A DNA stretch of 64,000 nt from Marsupella aquatica (taxonomy: Eukaryota > Plantae > Marchantiophyta). Shown here piece by piece: positions 22,302-35,651 of the stretch. The position numbers and the translations under genes are program-made. The stretch spans positions 293,746 to 357,745 of the forward strand of contig OZ316892.1 in the NCBI GenBank assembly GCA_973895155.1. Reading direction: 5' to 3'. The notes under the pieces are model-generated. The model was not told where the DNA came from. It ran no database searches and saw only the letters and a list, made by a program, of their open reading frames with translations. Within the stretch, counting starts at the first letter, position 1. Every line of letters starts with the position of its first letter.

Positions 22302-25300
22302 CCGACTATCATAGAGTAATACCAACTGTCTAGCAAGTAAAGAAGTAGGCTTCTTCAACTTCTTGTCATGATGTTTCTTTACTTGAGCTTGCTTCTTCTT
22401 CAATTGCTGGCTTGCCTCTTCCCTGATTTCCTCCAACTCCTCCAGCTGGTAAGCTCTCTCCATCAAACTCTGGTCAGCCTCCATTCTCTCCTCCACACTC
22501 ACCCTCAAAGTAGGCACTTTAAACTCAACAGGTACAAGTGAGTGTTGTCCAAATACTAGGTAGAAATGACTATGGCCGGTTGTGGTCTTGAAAGCAAGGT
22601 TGTAGGAGTACACAGCTGAGTATAATTTGTCATCCCAATCAGTCTTGTGTGCCGCCACGGTTTTGTTCAAGATCTTGCCAATAATCCCATTAGCTCTCTC
22701 AGTCAATCCATTTGCCTTGGGGTGATAGGGAGTGGTCTTCCGATGCTTAATCAAGTACTGAGTAGTGAGCTCCTCCACCACCTCATTCAAGAAGTGAGTC
22801 CCCCTATGACTAACCAATTCAAGAGGTGGCCCAAATCTGGTAAAAATCTGCTGATACATAAACCTTGCTACTATGAGAGCATTGTCCTTGCTTGTTGGTC
22901 TTGCCTCTACCCACTTAGTAGCATAATCAGTTGCAAGAAGGATGTATCGATTCCTTCTAGACCTGGTCACAGGAGTGATGGGACCTATGAAATCTATACC
23001 CCATTTCTCAAAAGGTGCAAGAGGTAAAATGGTGGTAAGAGGGTGATGCCTAGAGTGAGCTGGTTTACCTGTCCTTTGGCAAGGGTCACATCCCCTCACA
23101 AAAAGACTTACTGACTTATGAAGTGTTGGCCACCAATACCCTGCATCAAGGATCTTCCTTGTTGTTGTTGCACTCGCATAATGGCCACCAGCTCCTCCTC
23201 ATGCATAGCCCTCATCACAATGGAGATTTCCTTCTGCTCCAAACACCTCCTTAGTCTCCCATCAACTCCTTCCTTGTGAAGGACACCCTTCACCAATAAG
23301 TAGGGTCTGACTTTCCGCAGGAAAACAGCAGCCTCCTCTTGATGCAAATCTCTTGGTAGTCGGGTTGTGAGAAGAAGTTGGATGATATCCAAGTACCATG
23401 TATCCCCTCCACTTCCCACATGAAAGAGGTCTTCATCTGGAAACTGATCATCCACCTCCTTCAAGTCTTCTTCTCCTTCAATCCTTGAGAAGAAGTCTGC
23501 ATTCCCATGCTTCTTACCAGGCCTGACCCGCACCTCATAATCAAACTCTTGGAGCAACAAGATCCACCTTGCCACTCTACCAGTTACATCAGGTTTATTC
23601 ACCATATACTTGAGAGCATTGTGATCAGTATGGAAGACCACCTTGTAGCCCAACAAGTAGTGCCTAAACTTCTTACAAGAGTAGATGATGCCTAGAGCTT
23701 CTCTATCGGTTGGTGAGTAATTCTTTTCAGCAGGTGCTAAAAGTCTACTTGCAAAATAGATAGGGTGATCCTTATTCTGGTCATCAAGTTGACTGAGCAC
23801 CACACCAATACAAAAACCAGACACATCCACATACACATGGAATTCTCTACTCCAATCAGGTGCTATCAAGATAGGAGCTTCAATCAACCTGTTCTTCAAC
23901 TCCTGGAAACTTGCTAGCCTCTCAACTGAGGGTTCGACCTCAGCCCCCTTCTTAAGCATGCTGGTTAGGGGTAAAGCTACTTTAGCAAAGTCCTTAATGA
24001 ACCTTCTATAGTAGTTTAAACATCCCAAGAATCCCCTTAACTCTGTTACTGAAGTTGGAAACTGGACAGCCATCCAAACAGCCACCTTTTCTTGATCCAC
24101 TTCGATGCCTTTCTTGGATACCTTGTGACCAGGTAGTATCCCTTCTTCCACACCAAAGAAGCACTTCCCTGGGTGAAGCTTCAAACCAACTTCCCTACAT
24201 CTTTGGAAGGTCATCCTCAAATGTTCAACATGGTCCTTCCTCCTTCCAAAAATAGCAAAGTCATCTATGAATACTTCCAAGAACTTTCTCAAGTAGTCAT
24301 GAAAGATATTCATCATCAACCTTTGGAACATACCAAGGGCATTACAAAGACCAAAAGGCATCCTCCGAAAGGCATAAATCCCCCACTCAGTAGTAAAGGC
24401 TGTCTTCAACCGGTACTCCTTCCTTATCCAAATCTGGTTGTAACCTGAGTACCCATCTAGGAAGCTATACACTTCCCAACCAGCTACTAAGTCAAGTACC
24501 ATATCAGTAAAGGGGATGGGATAGTGGTCCTTCTTAGTGGCCTCATTGAGTTTCCTAAAGTCTTGGCAAACTTGGATCTTAGGCTTACCATCCAAGCCTG
24601 GTTTCTTTGGTACAATGACAATTGGGGAAACCCACTCACTATTCAACACAGGATAGATGAAACCTGCTTCCAACAATTTGTCTATCTCTTCTTTCACCAT
24701 CAAGGAGTACTTGGGATTCATTCTATATTGCCTTTGTCTCACAGGTGAAGCTCCTAGCATCAAGTCAATTCTATGCTCACCAAGTTCAGGGTTTACACCA
24801 GTAAGATCCAAATGACTCCAAGCAAACACATCCACATATTCACCTAGCAAATCTTGGATAGTTTTCTCTTCACCTGATCCCAAGGCATTTCCCAAGTTGA
24901 AGGTCTTGTCTTGCTGGACAGCGATGGTTCTGTACTGCTCAGCTCGAATCACCTCCATCTTGTTCCTCATTGTGGAGTCAAAAGTGTCTTCAAGTTGTGC
25001 CAATCTCATACCTCCATAGACTGGTGCATTTTCAGCACTTAACTCCTCCTTCTCCTTGCTTGAATGCTGGTCTTCCTGAGTCTCATCCTCCTCTACGTTT
25101 GCAGCCTCCAATTGGTCCTCCAGCTCCTTTATCTTGAGCTTCAACAATGCCAGGTGTTTAGCCTTCACCCTCTGGTCATGAGTCCCCTTCTTGATCTCAA
25201 CTTGGGTAGCACCCTTGCTGCTCTGATCAGCCTCTTGAGCCACTATGATAGTGCCTTCTTTGTTGTTCTCCTTGGATGAGGTGGCAGCTGGCTTCACCTC

Positions 25301-26407
25301 CTCTAGACTGGTCATTTCACTGATATTGGGCAGAGGTGAATGGTTGGGAAGAGCCTCCTGCTCTTGCTCCTCTCCAAACACTTCTTCTTCAGTCCATTGG
25401 CTCACCATGTTCAACATGTATACCTCATCCTCATCAGATGCAAATTCGGTACTCAACTCATCGGAAAGTTCAGAATCATATTCATCCAACTCATCAGTAG
25501 TCTCTCCTTGATGCTTGTCATGACCCCATGAAACTGAAGTGGCAGGTTTGCCAAATCTAAACTCCTTCTTGCCCCAATCAGTTACCACTTGGGCTCCATA
25601 CAACCAAGGCCTTCCAATCAAGATTGGGTAAGTAGAGGGCCTTGCTGGTCTCATTACCAAGTAATTCAACAAGAACTCCTGCCCCCCAATGAGAGTAGGT
25701 ACTTGAGTGAGAGTCCCCACTGGTAGCACTCTTGCTCCATTTGCTAGTCTCATTGTCCTTGCTGTTGGCTGAAGTTTCTTGAAACCTAGTTGTTGGGCAG
25801 TAGCCTCAATCATGATATTCACACCTGAGCCTCCATCAACTGGTACATACGAGAGTACACACCCATTCACTTGAACATCAATCTCAGGTGCTCCAAGGTC
25901 TTCACAAACCATCATCACATCAGCTGGGGTCCCAACCTTTGGAAGCTTCCTCCTTCTCCTTCCTACCAACATCTCCTTCAGTTGCCTCCTATACAAAGGG
26001 TTGTCTTTGATCAGCTGCCCCACTGTAGCAGTAACCAAACAATCTTTCACATCCTTCTTGATGTCATAAGAGGGTACCTTGTTGGTCTCCTTCTTCTCCT
26101 CCACCTCAGCTTCTTCCTTCAAAGCTTTAGCAACCTTCAGGTCTTTGTTGATGGCCTCTTGATGCTCCTTAGCCTCCATCTCCTCTAGTTGCCTCTTGAC
26201 TTCCTCATTCACCTTGGGATAGAAGAGCTTCGGATGGTCCCTCTTGTAGTCACTATCTTCAGCTGGTGGGACTTGAACTTCTGCTCCAACTTCAACTTTG
26301 GTTGGTGACTCTAGTGAGTGCTCCTTTCTTTCCTTCCTCTTCTTCCTCTCTTCCTCTCTTCCACTCTTTCCTTCTTTCTTGTGGACCTGGTAGACACCTT
26401 GTAACAC
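22302..26407 (-). pseudogene. pol: Family B PR-RT-RH-INT (frameshifted in integrase, 3'-truncated)
   Basis: VDGGSG protease, QVCQDFRKLN, FIDD, RNase H, WGIDFIG..ERANG; frameshifts near 23100-23190. Confidence 0.9.
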
Positions 26408-28131
26408 ATAGCTTCCTCCTCAGGTGTCTCCATTCCCGGTAGATCTGGCTGGTTCTCCCCACCAGCAACTTGTGTCACTCCATCTTTGGCCTCCTCTTGC
26501 CATTCCATACTCAAGAAGTTCACTATGGCTTCAGTAGGAGCTTTGGCAACTACTGGTGGTGGTGCTTCTATCCTTCCTACCATCATCTTGGCAGCAGATC
26601 CAATAGGACAGTTGGCTGTGGTATGACCCTCCCTTTTGCACACAACACAAAGAGGATAGGGAGCTCCTTGTCCCTGCCTCCTTGGTTCAGGGCAACTGTT
26701 GGAATAGTGCCCTGGTTTTTGACAATTCCAGCAGATCACCACGGTAGTTTTTGCCATTCCCCCAGGTCCTTGAGGTACCATTTGATCCACCATCCTTGGT
26801 TGAAGACCAGGCATAAGTTGAGGTGCCATGGGTGGAGCTGGTCTTCCTTGCAAAGTTCTTGGGCCTCCTGAAATCTGGTACACCATCTCCGGGGCTTCTT
26901 CATAGAAGTAGTCCACCACTTCACTTGCTTGATAAACCTCACTGGGCTCTTCATTGACATATTGAACTTGATTCCTCCAACCTTGGCACTCTTGAGGTGT
27001 ATGGCCAAAACTCTTGCACTTGACACACCATACATGAGCTCTATTCACCGGCACCTTTCTCCTATCAGGTTGCATACCAGCAAAGTGAACTGATAGGGCC
27101 TTGAGTTGGTTGGTGATCTCACTCATCTTGGTGTCCATCACCTTCTTCTCTTTGCTTGCTGGTGTAGAACCTTCCAGCAAGTTGAAGGTTGCAGATTTGT
27201 GGTGCTTACCACTTGGCTTCTTCTTGCTGGCTCTCCTCTTTTGGTCGCTTTTTTTCTTTGCCTTCTTCTTTTTCTTCTTCTTCTTCTTTTCAGAGTCCTC
27301 CTCAGAATTAGCTTCTGAATCTGATTCTGAACTGGAAGTACTCTCCTCAGATTCTGAATCAGAAGTATCTTCAACTGAACTACTTGAGTCACTTGAGCTA
27401 GAAGAAGAATCACTATGGGAAAATCGCTTCTTCTTTCTCCTACTCTTGGAACTTGAGATCTCAGCACTCCTATAAGACTGAGCTGCCTCAATGGCCTCCT
27501 CCAAAGTATTAAGGTGGGCTTGCCTTACTGAGACACCCATCTTCTTGGGTAGGCTTGCCACAAACCATGCCAACAACATGGAGTCTACTGGTCTAGGGTC
27601 AAGCTTGGTAGCTAACCTTTGAAACCTTTGTAGAAACCTCCTTACCGACTCCTTGGATCCCATTCTGATCTCTCCCATCTTGATCAAAGCTTCTGATTCT
27701 TCTCCCACCTTCCTAAACTCCTGCAAGAAGGCTAGCTTGAAGGCATCCCAATCATTCTTGGTGGCATTTGATAGGTTGTTGAACCAAGGTCTTGCTTCTC
27801 CTCTCAAGACACCCGCCAAAGTGGTCAACTTAATATCAAACTCTCCATTGGTTTGGGCTGTCCCAATGAAGTCCTCCAACCAAGCATCAGGATCCTCCTT
27901 GGGCTTGCCATGGAATGTCTTGTATTGAAATCTTGCTCTTTGAGTCACCACCATGGCTGCCTCTTGCTCTTCACTTGTGTCGGTAGTAGAAGAGGATGTA
28001 GCACTCCACCCTACACTGGGTTCTACTTCAGCTTGCAAATGAAGGTCCTCCCAATCTGGTTGCTCCAACTGGTCACCAAAGTTGAAACTAAGAGAGGCTT
28101 CTCTTAGTGCTTGACTCCTTGTAGTGGGCAT
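26311..28131 (-). CDS. gag: Family B gag (three CCHC zinc knuckles, Ser/Lys-rich linker)
   Basis: FHGKPKEDPDAWLEDF; CVKC..H....C, CWNCQKPGHYSNSC, CVVCKREGHTTANC; ATG (MPTTRSQ) at 28131. Confidence 0.87.
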   Translation of the reverse strand: MPTTRSQALREASLSFNFGDQLEQPDWEDLHLQAEVEPSVGWSATSSSTTDTSEEQEAAMVVTQRARFQYKTFHGKPKEDPDAWLEDFIGTAQTNGEFDIKLTTLAGVLRGEARPWFNNLSNATKNDWDAFKLAFLQEFRKVGEESEALIKMGEIRMGSKESVRRFLQRFQRLATKLDPRPVDSMLLAWFVASLPKKMGVSVRQAHLNTLEEAIEAAQSYRSAEISSSKSRRKKKRFSHSDSSSSSSDSSSSVEDTSDSESEESTSSSESDSEANSEEDSEKKKKKKKKKAKKKSDQKRRASKKKPSGKHHKSATFNLLEGSTPASKEKKVMDTKMSEITNQLKALSVHFAGMQPDRRKVPVNRAHVWCVKCKSFGHTPQECQGWRNQVQYVNEEPSEVYQASEVVDYFYEEAPEMVYQISGGPRTLQGRPAPPMAPQLMPGLQPRMVDQMVPQGPGGMAKTTVVICWNCQKPGHYSNSCPEPRRQGQGAPYPLCVVCKREGHTTANCPIGSAAKMMVGRIEAPPPVVAKAPTEAIVNFLSMEWQEEAKDGVTQVAGGENQPDLPGMETPEEEAMCYKVSTRSTRKKERVEERKRGRRGRKERSTH

Positions 28132-28237
28132 GCCACTCACAATCACCTTCTTATCTCCCTCCTCTTGAACAACCAACCTGCAAACACACCTCCAAGTCTT
28201 GTGGCTCCACTCCCACAATACAAATTGCAAAGAGTTA

Positions 28238-28255
28238 TCCCCGGCAGCGGCGCCA
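28238..28255 (-). promoter_or_regulatory. Primer-binding site, tRNA-Asp type
   Basis: TGGCGCCGCTGCCGGGGA, close to the Athila-type tRNA-Asp PBS TGGCGCCGTTGCCGGGGA. Confidence 0.8.
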
Positions 28256-28263
28256 AAAACAAG

Positions 28264-30266
28264 GGTGGGACTCTATGTCAAACACTTGTCAAGGAGCTTA
28301 AGCGGCTTTTCTCCCCAAAAGACTACCTAATACCTGATCCATATCATACCAGGGTCACAAAGGATTGACAAAACTTATGAAATGTGCCTACAATGACTAA
28401 TCACTCCATACATAAGTAGTTTCAACTCTCCACTTCTAGAGAGGTAGTCCCCTTACTACTTTTGTACTCACACCCTTCCCCTCTCCTCTACTCCAAGGAT
28501 CAGCAAGGGGGATCTCCGCTCCAAGCTGTCACCTTAGAGAAGAGTCTCACACAAACACCCAAGAACCAAAGTACTTTCCTCTTCAAGCTTAAGTCTCCTC
28601 AAGACCCTCAAAATAGTGTTACCCCTCAACCTTGCCCCCTGGCCTTGGTTTGGGTCCACACATCCCCTTTGAGCTCTAGAGAAGGCTCCTCTATCTAAGG
28701 ACTCTTCCTCTTGTTCTTACTTCTTGTTAACACCATACACCAAGCAAAATACTTTCCACCCTCAAGCTATAATCCTCTCTAAGTCTCCAAGTAGTGCTCT
28801 ACCTTAACCATGCCTCTTGGCCTTGGTTTTGTACTGGCACATCCCCTTCAAGCTTAGACCAAGATTACATCATAGCATGGACTCTTCTCTTGCTCTCATA
28901 TGCTTCAAATGCACTCACACTTAATGGTCATAATGAAGATTGGCAAGTCTTCTTTTATTGCATCACCTTTACAACAAAATTTCACTACACATTCTCCACA
29001 CTAAGCATGGACCACCTCTCCCTTCTCAAGCTTAGCCCTACCTTGGCAAGGTAGAGATTCCACTTAAGAGATGAGACTCCCGGTCCCTAACAAATGAAAA
29101 CTTCCTCCTTATATACTATTCTCCTTCCACACCACACCAAGGTAGCCCACCAAGGACCAAGGACCAAAGTAGCCCACCAAGGACCAAGGACCAAGGTAGC
29201 CCATCAAGGACCAAGGACCAAGGACCAAGGTAGAGGACCAAAGTAGCCCACCAAGGACCAAGGTAGCCCACCAAGGACCAAGGACCAAAGTAGCCCACCA
29301 AGGACCAAGGACCAAGGACCAAGGACCAAGGTAGCCCACCAAAGTCCTACTAACTACCAAAGTCACACTACAATGAAAGTCCAACTAACTACCACTCCCA
29401 CTCAAGCTCCTTCACCTTGTGATTGCCTGGTCTATTCAACCATCTCCTAGCCGCCCTTGTGCTTGACTTATTCCTGCCTTGTGGTAGCCTCGTCGAAGCA
29501 TTTTTACACTTAGTCGGATTTCGTTATTTGGGAAAAACTATAATTCCCCGGCCCATATTGTACCCACCGCCAAAACTCACCCATAAGGCCAAAAGGACTT
29601 TTGAGTAGATCCATAGATTTTCTTGGCATAGGGCTATGTCCTGGTTTACTAAGATCTAAACAAAACCCTATAACAAATTTTCTAAAATTAGGTAAAGAGG
29701 GTTAATTCTTATGTTTTCCAAAATTCTTCTCAACTTTGAGATGCTCCCAAAACGTAACCGAAGGTAACCAAGTTCTCCCACAAGTTTCCAGGGATAGAGT
29801 GGACCATATTTAACCTATTTTGCAACTTGGAACCCCTAACTTTTCCCATCAGCTATTTTTCCCGAGACCCGCTATTTGGTAACTTTAAGTTTTGCCAAAA
29901 TACTTACAACTCCTAGGTTAAGACCCCACTTGACTTTGTGACTTTTATGTGTGGTCTAGGGACTACCTAGCACCTATAGGGTGAGTCTTAGCAAAACTTA
30001 TCACTCAAAAGTATCGGTCATGCCTTCGGCCCGACTTGCCGACTACCATAACTTTTTTCCACCCTTACCAAATAACTTACTCAACTCTTGATACTTCTAA
30101 GAGAAACATGTCCTCTCCCTCAATTTATTTCCCTACTCTACTTCCCTAGTTATTAAGTTACCTTAAACCTAACAACTCCGCTAATCACTAAACTATGTAA
30201 TTACTACTCCTTGAAAGCAAAAAACTGACGCATTTCCTACTCAAGCCTCCCTTGAGCCATTCCACA
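28264..30266 (-). repeat. Family B 5' LTR (~2.0 kb, boundaries approximate)
   Basis: Lies between the PBS and the junction to family-A sequence; starts TGTGGAATGG on the minus strand; the 3' end is degenerate (TCCCACC). Confidence 0.6.
29137..29345. repeat. Compound tandem repeat of GGACCAA (7 bp) and GGTAGCCCACCAA (13 bp) units inside the family B LTR
   Basis: Directly visible; it produces the spurious low-complexity ORFs at 29109-29384. Confidence 0.9.
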
Positions 30267-30268
30267 CA

Positions 30269-32922
30269 AAGCAGCCCGCCAGCCACGATGGAGGAAATCC
30301 GCAAGGCAGCTTGGGAACAAAGGCCGCGGTGGTTGATGCCGATGACTTCTACTCACTCCACCTATGCTAAAGAAATAGCCATGGTGTACAGGGAGATGTG
30401 CGAGGAACTTGCACTCAGCATCTTTGGGGAGGAGTTAGAGCAGGGACCTTTTTTCTAGAGGGAGATGTTGGAAAAATGCCGATTAGAAGAAGCAGTGGCT
30501 TTGGAGAGAAGAAAGAAAGACGAGGTCATCCGTCGGCTTAGGGCAAGGGAAGCCAAGGTGGAAGACCTGAAGGCGGACAGGAAAACCCAAGATGAGCTGC
30601 GGATTAAGCGGCATGAGGATTTAGGATAAACTGACTCAAACCCAAGGGGAGTTGGCCGATGCGGTCAAGGAGAGGGAGAAGTGGAAGCAAGAGCTGAGGG
30701 ATGCAGAGGAGGCCCACATAGCAACCAACAATCGGGCCATGGCGGAAACCCAGAGAAGGGAGAGGGCGTTGAAGGGGGAGCTCAATGATATCCGCGGAGC
30801 CCTCGAGGAGAAGGAGGCCGAGTTAGGGAAATCCTATCAAATGATTATTGTGTTGCGGCAGGAGCTTGCATCCTTGACGGCCAGCTTCAAGGCCGACCTG
30901 CGTGAGAAAGACGACCAACTTGATCAAACTTATGCCAAGATGAATAAAATGGAGTCTGAGGTCGTAACGAAGCTCAACAAGGAGCTAAGAGCAACCCAGG
31001 AGGAGAGGGCTACCTTAAGGAAGGAGTTGGAGGAAGCCCAGAAGGAGCTGGAGGAGGCGCGCAAGGACCTGGACGAAGTGCAGGAGGAGTTGGAGGAAAG
31101 CACAAGGAAGATGGAGAACTTACAACGGCAAGCTGACAACCAAACGGAGCGGCTAAAGAAACAAGCCGCAATATTTAAGTGCTTGGCGTCATCAAGTCCA
31201 ACTCCAATTGGGGCAACCAAGTTGCAAGGAGTACTACTGGCCGAAGGACAAGCCGCGACACTCGCACCGGTGCCGGAAGGAAGTGGCAAGGGGAAGGGAC
31301 CAGCTGCCGAACCAGGGAAGAAGAAGAAGCGGAAACCTTCTGGATCAGGGAGTAATGCGGCAACTCAAGCCGTCGTGACCAAGGAGGTAAACCCGGCACC
31401 AACCACAGGCAGGGTCACGGCAGAGGATCCAACTACCCTAGAAGGTGGGGATGGCAAAGCCAAGGCCAAGACACTCAGTGATGAAGCCGGGGTAACGGAT
31501 CCACCACTAGAGCATGTCGGGGAGGCCGTAGCCGTATTAGAGGCCGTGGTCGATGCTGAGGGCGAAGCCGAGGGTGGACCCGGTCAGGCCGCGGGTGAGT
31601 TGACTGGGTCTGGGGCAGGTAATCTGTTAGAGGATGGACCTACGGTAGTGGTTGCGGAGGAAGCATTGGGGGCGTCCATTGAGGATTAGCCACCGCTACC
31701 ATGACGGTGGTGGAGGGCCACTCCTTTTAAGGAGGGCGGACGTGGAGGGAGGAGGCGTGAGTGGGCAGGGCGGGCTCAGATCTCCAAGTTTAGAATTAGG
31801 ATCAGGACCAAGAGGCGGCCCTGACACTTAGATTAGTGGGATTGCGGATCCACTGGTAAGAAGAACACTTGTGCTCCTGCCTCGCTGTACATAGGTAAAT
31901 TATAATTAGGATAGATTAGGCTTACACTACAAGGAATTAGGCGGATCCACTACCAAGATAAGTACCTGGGCAGCGAGGAGTTGAGGCCTTCTTCTTTAGC
32001 AAGTTTTTAGTGCACCAGCAGGGCTGTGAAACTTGTGTATATTCATGTTTCCTCATGCCTAAGAGATGAATAGAGTTGGCCTCAAGGCTTAGTTTGCAAA
32101 TCTTCATTGAATGGTAGCAATTTTATAAATTTTGTTCCCCCACAAAAAGCCCCACGGGAAGGGCGCACAAACAGGCAGCAAGGCCAAGAAGGCAACATCC
32201 AGTAGGGTAGCAGCCCAATCACACCGACACAACAAAGGGCCAGGCTTCCGCCTCAACCCAACACCCCCGCGCCCGGACAGAGCACAACAGGGAGGGCACC
32301 CCTAAATACACAAAGAAACACATCACACGGCCAGTCCAAATTTGGAGAGCACGGCCAAGAAAGCAACAAAAGGCAGCCAACAAGCGGCCCATCACCCAGA
32401 AGAGATCAATCTCCCACCACCGCCAACCCAACCCCTACGAAGACTGTCAATCCAGTTTGCAGATCTTGTGTATGAGAAGTACTGTTTGTATGGCAAGTGC
32501 ATGGTATAACTCAGTCAGAAGGAGTCATTTTGCTATTTGTGTGTCGCATTAACTTGTTTGAAGATTGCCCGCATTAACCAAGAAGGGAGTAAGCAAGGTA
32601 GTAAGAGTTGGATGTGTCGAGCTGAGAGAGGTCTTAGTGGCTTACCCAAGCCAATTGGGGATCATTCTGGCGGCAAAATCCAAACATACCTAAAGGAAGA
32701 CCAAGAGAGGAGGCCAAGGGAAGACATAGAAGAGGCCGACTACGTATCTCATGACCCGATGAAGGATCTGTCCAATATATGTGTATAAGTTGTTTGTAGA
32801 ATGAGGTTAGCAGCGTCCTATGCCGCTAAGCCGCAGAACCGGCCTCACCGAGAGCAAAACCTACGGGAATCGACTTGTGCAGGGGGGTTTCTTGGGTTTA
32901 GGGAGCCATGGGACGCACCACA
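30269..32922 (+). mobile_element. 5'-truncated, diverged family-A LTR with a degenerate LTR-ORF
   Basis: Homologous to the LTR 3' half (ORF pieces 30252..30458 and 30652..31689); ends GCACCACA at 32922; has internal deletions. Confidence 0.9.
32105..32453. mobile_element. 349-bp insertion with a 14-bp target-site duplication (non-LTR retroposon fragment?)
   Basis: Flanked by AGTTTGCAAATCTT (32091-32104) and AGTTTGCAGATCTT (32454-32467); absent from the other LTR copies. Confidence 0.7.
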
Positions 32923-33492
32923 GGAGGAAACTCAAATACAACATTTCCATTGTACTTGTTTGGCAAACAAGGAACTTGCTCGTGTTGGAAGTCCCCTGCC
33001 GCGATAAATCTTGACAGTTCACTATGTCCCGTGGCCTTGAGTAAGGCATCCATTGCACTCCGCCGGTAACCTTATGGACACCTCCGGAGGTGGCCACCGG
33101 TTCACTCTTAAGGCAACTAGAGTCTGGAACTTTGTACTTCACAGGAGGATTGGGCGCAACATCATCATCTTCACTCTAAGATATTTCAACAACCTGGGTC
33201 AAAATGTTCTCAACAACCGATTGAAGAGGAGTAAGTTGGACATGAAGCGAGTAACAAAGTTCGACATTCATGTGCCAGAAACGTATTCCTCATCCACATC
33301 AAATGTCGCAGCACGTTCAAGTCCTGCACTCATTGACTCCTCATGAACAATCGACGCAATGTCATTGATTCTCAAATCGAATCTCCCACACAGGTAGGTT
33401 TCGCTTACTTGCTTGTAAGTATCATAAACTTGCATGGGAACCTTGACGACGTCCCCAGTACAAGCACGTGTAATAACAATTGAGCGCAACAT
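32923..33492 (-). pseudogene. N-terminus of the Mutator-like transposase, MULE copy 2, truncated by a family-A LTR
   Basis: MLRSIVITRACTGDVV..YLCGRFDLRINDI and KYNGNVVFEFPP are homologous to 43355-43925. Confidence 0.82.
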
Positions 33493-34455
33493 TGTAGATG
33501 AATGAAGTTAAAGCCACTGGAAATTCATGCACTAAGCCAATCCCGGCCGTATGGGTTGCTTATACCACCCCTTCAAAGAGCACCGGCCGTTAAAAGAGTT
33601 GTTTCAATACGACAGAGAACACGCACAACTTTTCGTCCGTTGAAATCATAAATGAAACATTTGTCCTTTTTGCCCGACAAGTGCGGGTGTCAGGAATATT
33701 TATAACATGAATACGACTAGATAATATCCTATACAAGTGCGTCCATTTCATTAGCGTTGGGCGCTACCTAAAAAGCATCTGAATAACAATGACTTAATTT
33801 GAAAAGTCTTGTGACTAGTGCCTGGCGCTAGCATAATCATACACGCAATATTCATGAATTGTTTTTGCAAAATATTCCATTACAAGCATTTTTAAGTTCA
33901 AATACAGTAAATTGGTACTAGCGCTGCACCCGGCGCTAGTATTGATACAATATACTTAATACCTTAATATCAAGTAAAGTTTAGTTACTATGGTTGAGAA
34001 GAGTACATTTGGAAGTTTGTTAACAATATCTGGTACTAAAATGCAACATTAATCAAATGATTCACATGGCTAGCGCCGGGCGCTAGCATTTGTTCACCAA
34101 TAAGTTTTTGAATTTAGTGGTCACTTCTTTGTTAGCGCCTGGCGCTGGCATTGCATGTCTGTCTGAAAGGTGTGGAGACAACGGTAACATTTAACGGTCA
34201 CTATTGTTTAGCGTGATGATCACGCCAACATTTTAGCGTAATTCACATTAATACTTCTCACGATTTCTAAATTGTCGCCTTCTGTCACGGATAAGTAATA
34301 TTGAATCTCGTCGTTCACAATGAGTAACGTCTGATTACAAAGAGGGGAATAGAGCTCATTGATCGGATATAATACGGATGCAATTGTTAATATGGTACGA
34401 AGAATTGGTAATCGGTCGTGAGAATTCTGTTCATACACCTTTCATCATAAAGACG

Positions 34456-35651
34456 ATGGATGCAGTCCCCTCCTCGTCGAGGGGGTATAGTGTGGTTGGG
34501 GATTGGGATCGTGGGTATTGCGAGTCTTCTGAGTCTTCATTCTCTGGTTCAATGTATACACGTCGAGTAACAAGGTCCACCGCATCGCTTATTCCAATCT
34601 TTGGTATTTCATTTGCCAAGCCAGTGAGAATGAAAATGGAGAATCTTGATACATTTGCAATTCAAGATGTTTCATTTTCGGAGACCGATCTTATTTCAAA
34701 ACACGTCATGTCTTTTGGGAAAGATTTCAGAGGTTTTGACAAAGAGCCTTCACAAATTCCGCTATGTCGATTGGTGCATATGGAGGTTGTCCGAACTCTG
34801 CAGAAAGATAGCTCTTCCATCGACAAGCTGAAAGACTCTTTCCGTAGCATGGGATACAATTCTTCAATTGGAATGAGGTTTATGTTCAGCCCACTGATGC
34901 TGAGGGAGTGCTTCTCACCTGTACTCAAGAAATTTGTGATAGTTGGGATCCAATATGGACATCTGAGAATGAGAAATTCGAGGAAGAATATGCTGCCGAC
35001 CCAGATTTTCTGGTTTTGAAGGATAGAATGTTCTCCATTTTTTACGGGAACCATAGGCTTTACTCATGGACACTTGTCACATAGGAGAATCCCCAAAACC
35101 CAAAGTACCACCCGCGAGTGCTTTGTACAGTTTTCAATGGGGACAAGGGTTCACTGATAGAAATCAAAGTTGCTATGCACATCGTAACCAGTAAGAGTTC
35201 TCTTTTGTGCATAACTTTGTGAGTCATTGTGAATTGTTAATTCTTTCTAGCATAACTTTCTGAGGCCATGTTTTACAAGCGCCTGACGCTGCTTATATGT
35301 TCTCATTTTGTTCTTTTATTTCAGGCTTGGACAAGCCGTTGTGGAACCCTCCTGGATCCTAGACGTCGATTGAATTAAGTGGATCTTGATGCACGACCTG
35401 GAGTATTATAGTAAGCTCATCGACCCAACGAATTACAAGAAGTTTGAGCAGATCAGGATGAAGATACAGAAGGAATCCTGGTACACAAAGAAGATGCCTC
35501 AGGAGGCTCTTGTGTACATTCTATGTCAAGATAAGATTAAGTCGAATTCAAACCAGTTCAAGATTGACATGGAGTCCGTTGCGGCCCTCGGTACCCCTTG
35601 GTCGGTCGAGGAGGTTTCCAAAAGGCATGCTGTTATGATGAAGGAAGCAAC
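34456..35651 (+). pseudogene. 5' half of the ParB-like/MTase-like gene of MULE copy 2, split by insertion of MULE copy 1
   Basis: IPLCRLVHMEVVRTLQK..DRMFSIFYGNHRLYSW, intron 35191-35324, ..KRHAVMMKEAT. It continues as EATKEWAAK at 5416 (-). Confidence 0.82.

Larger units (their letters stand above)
22302..30266 (-). mobile_element. Ty3/Gypsy family B: 5' LTR, PBS, gag, pol; truncated in the integrase by the family-A LTR
   Basis: Related to but distinct from family A proteins. The integrase ends LLYDSR at the junction with the family-A LTR start. Confidence 0.9.

Noticed and set aside
2273-22306. The same 5-mer CCGAC follows the LTR at 2272 and the LTR at 22301, a possible TSD
   Set aside because: The LTRs are in opposite orientations, so the flanks are reverse complements in element orientation, and the flanking sequences are unrelated (MULE vs family-B integrase). 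Treated as coincidence.
26311-26407. Programmed gag/pol frameshift in family B
   Set aside because: Single degenerate copy, the break lies in a purine-rich low-complexity tract, and the homologous region is continuous in family A. Cannot be distinguished from a mutation.
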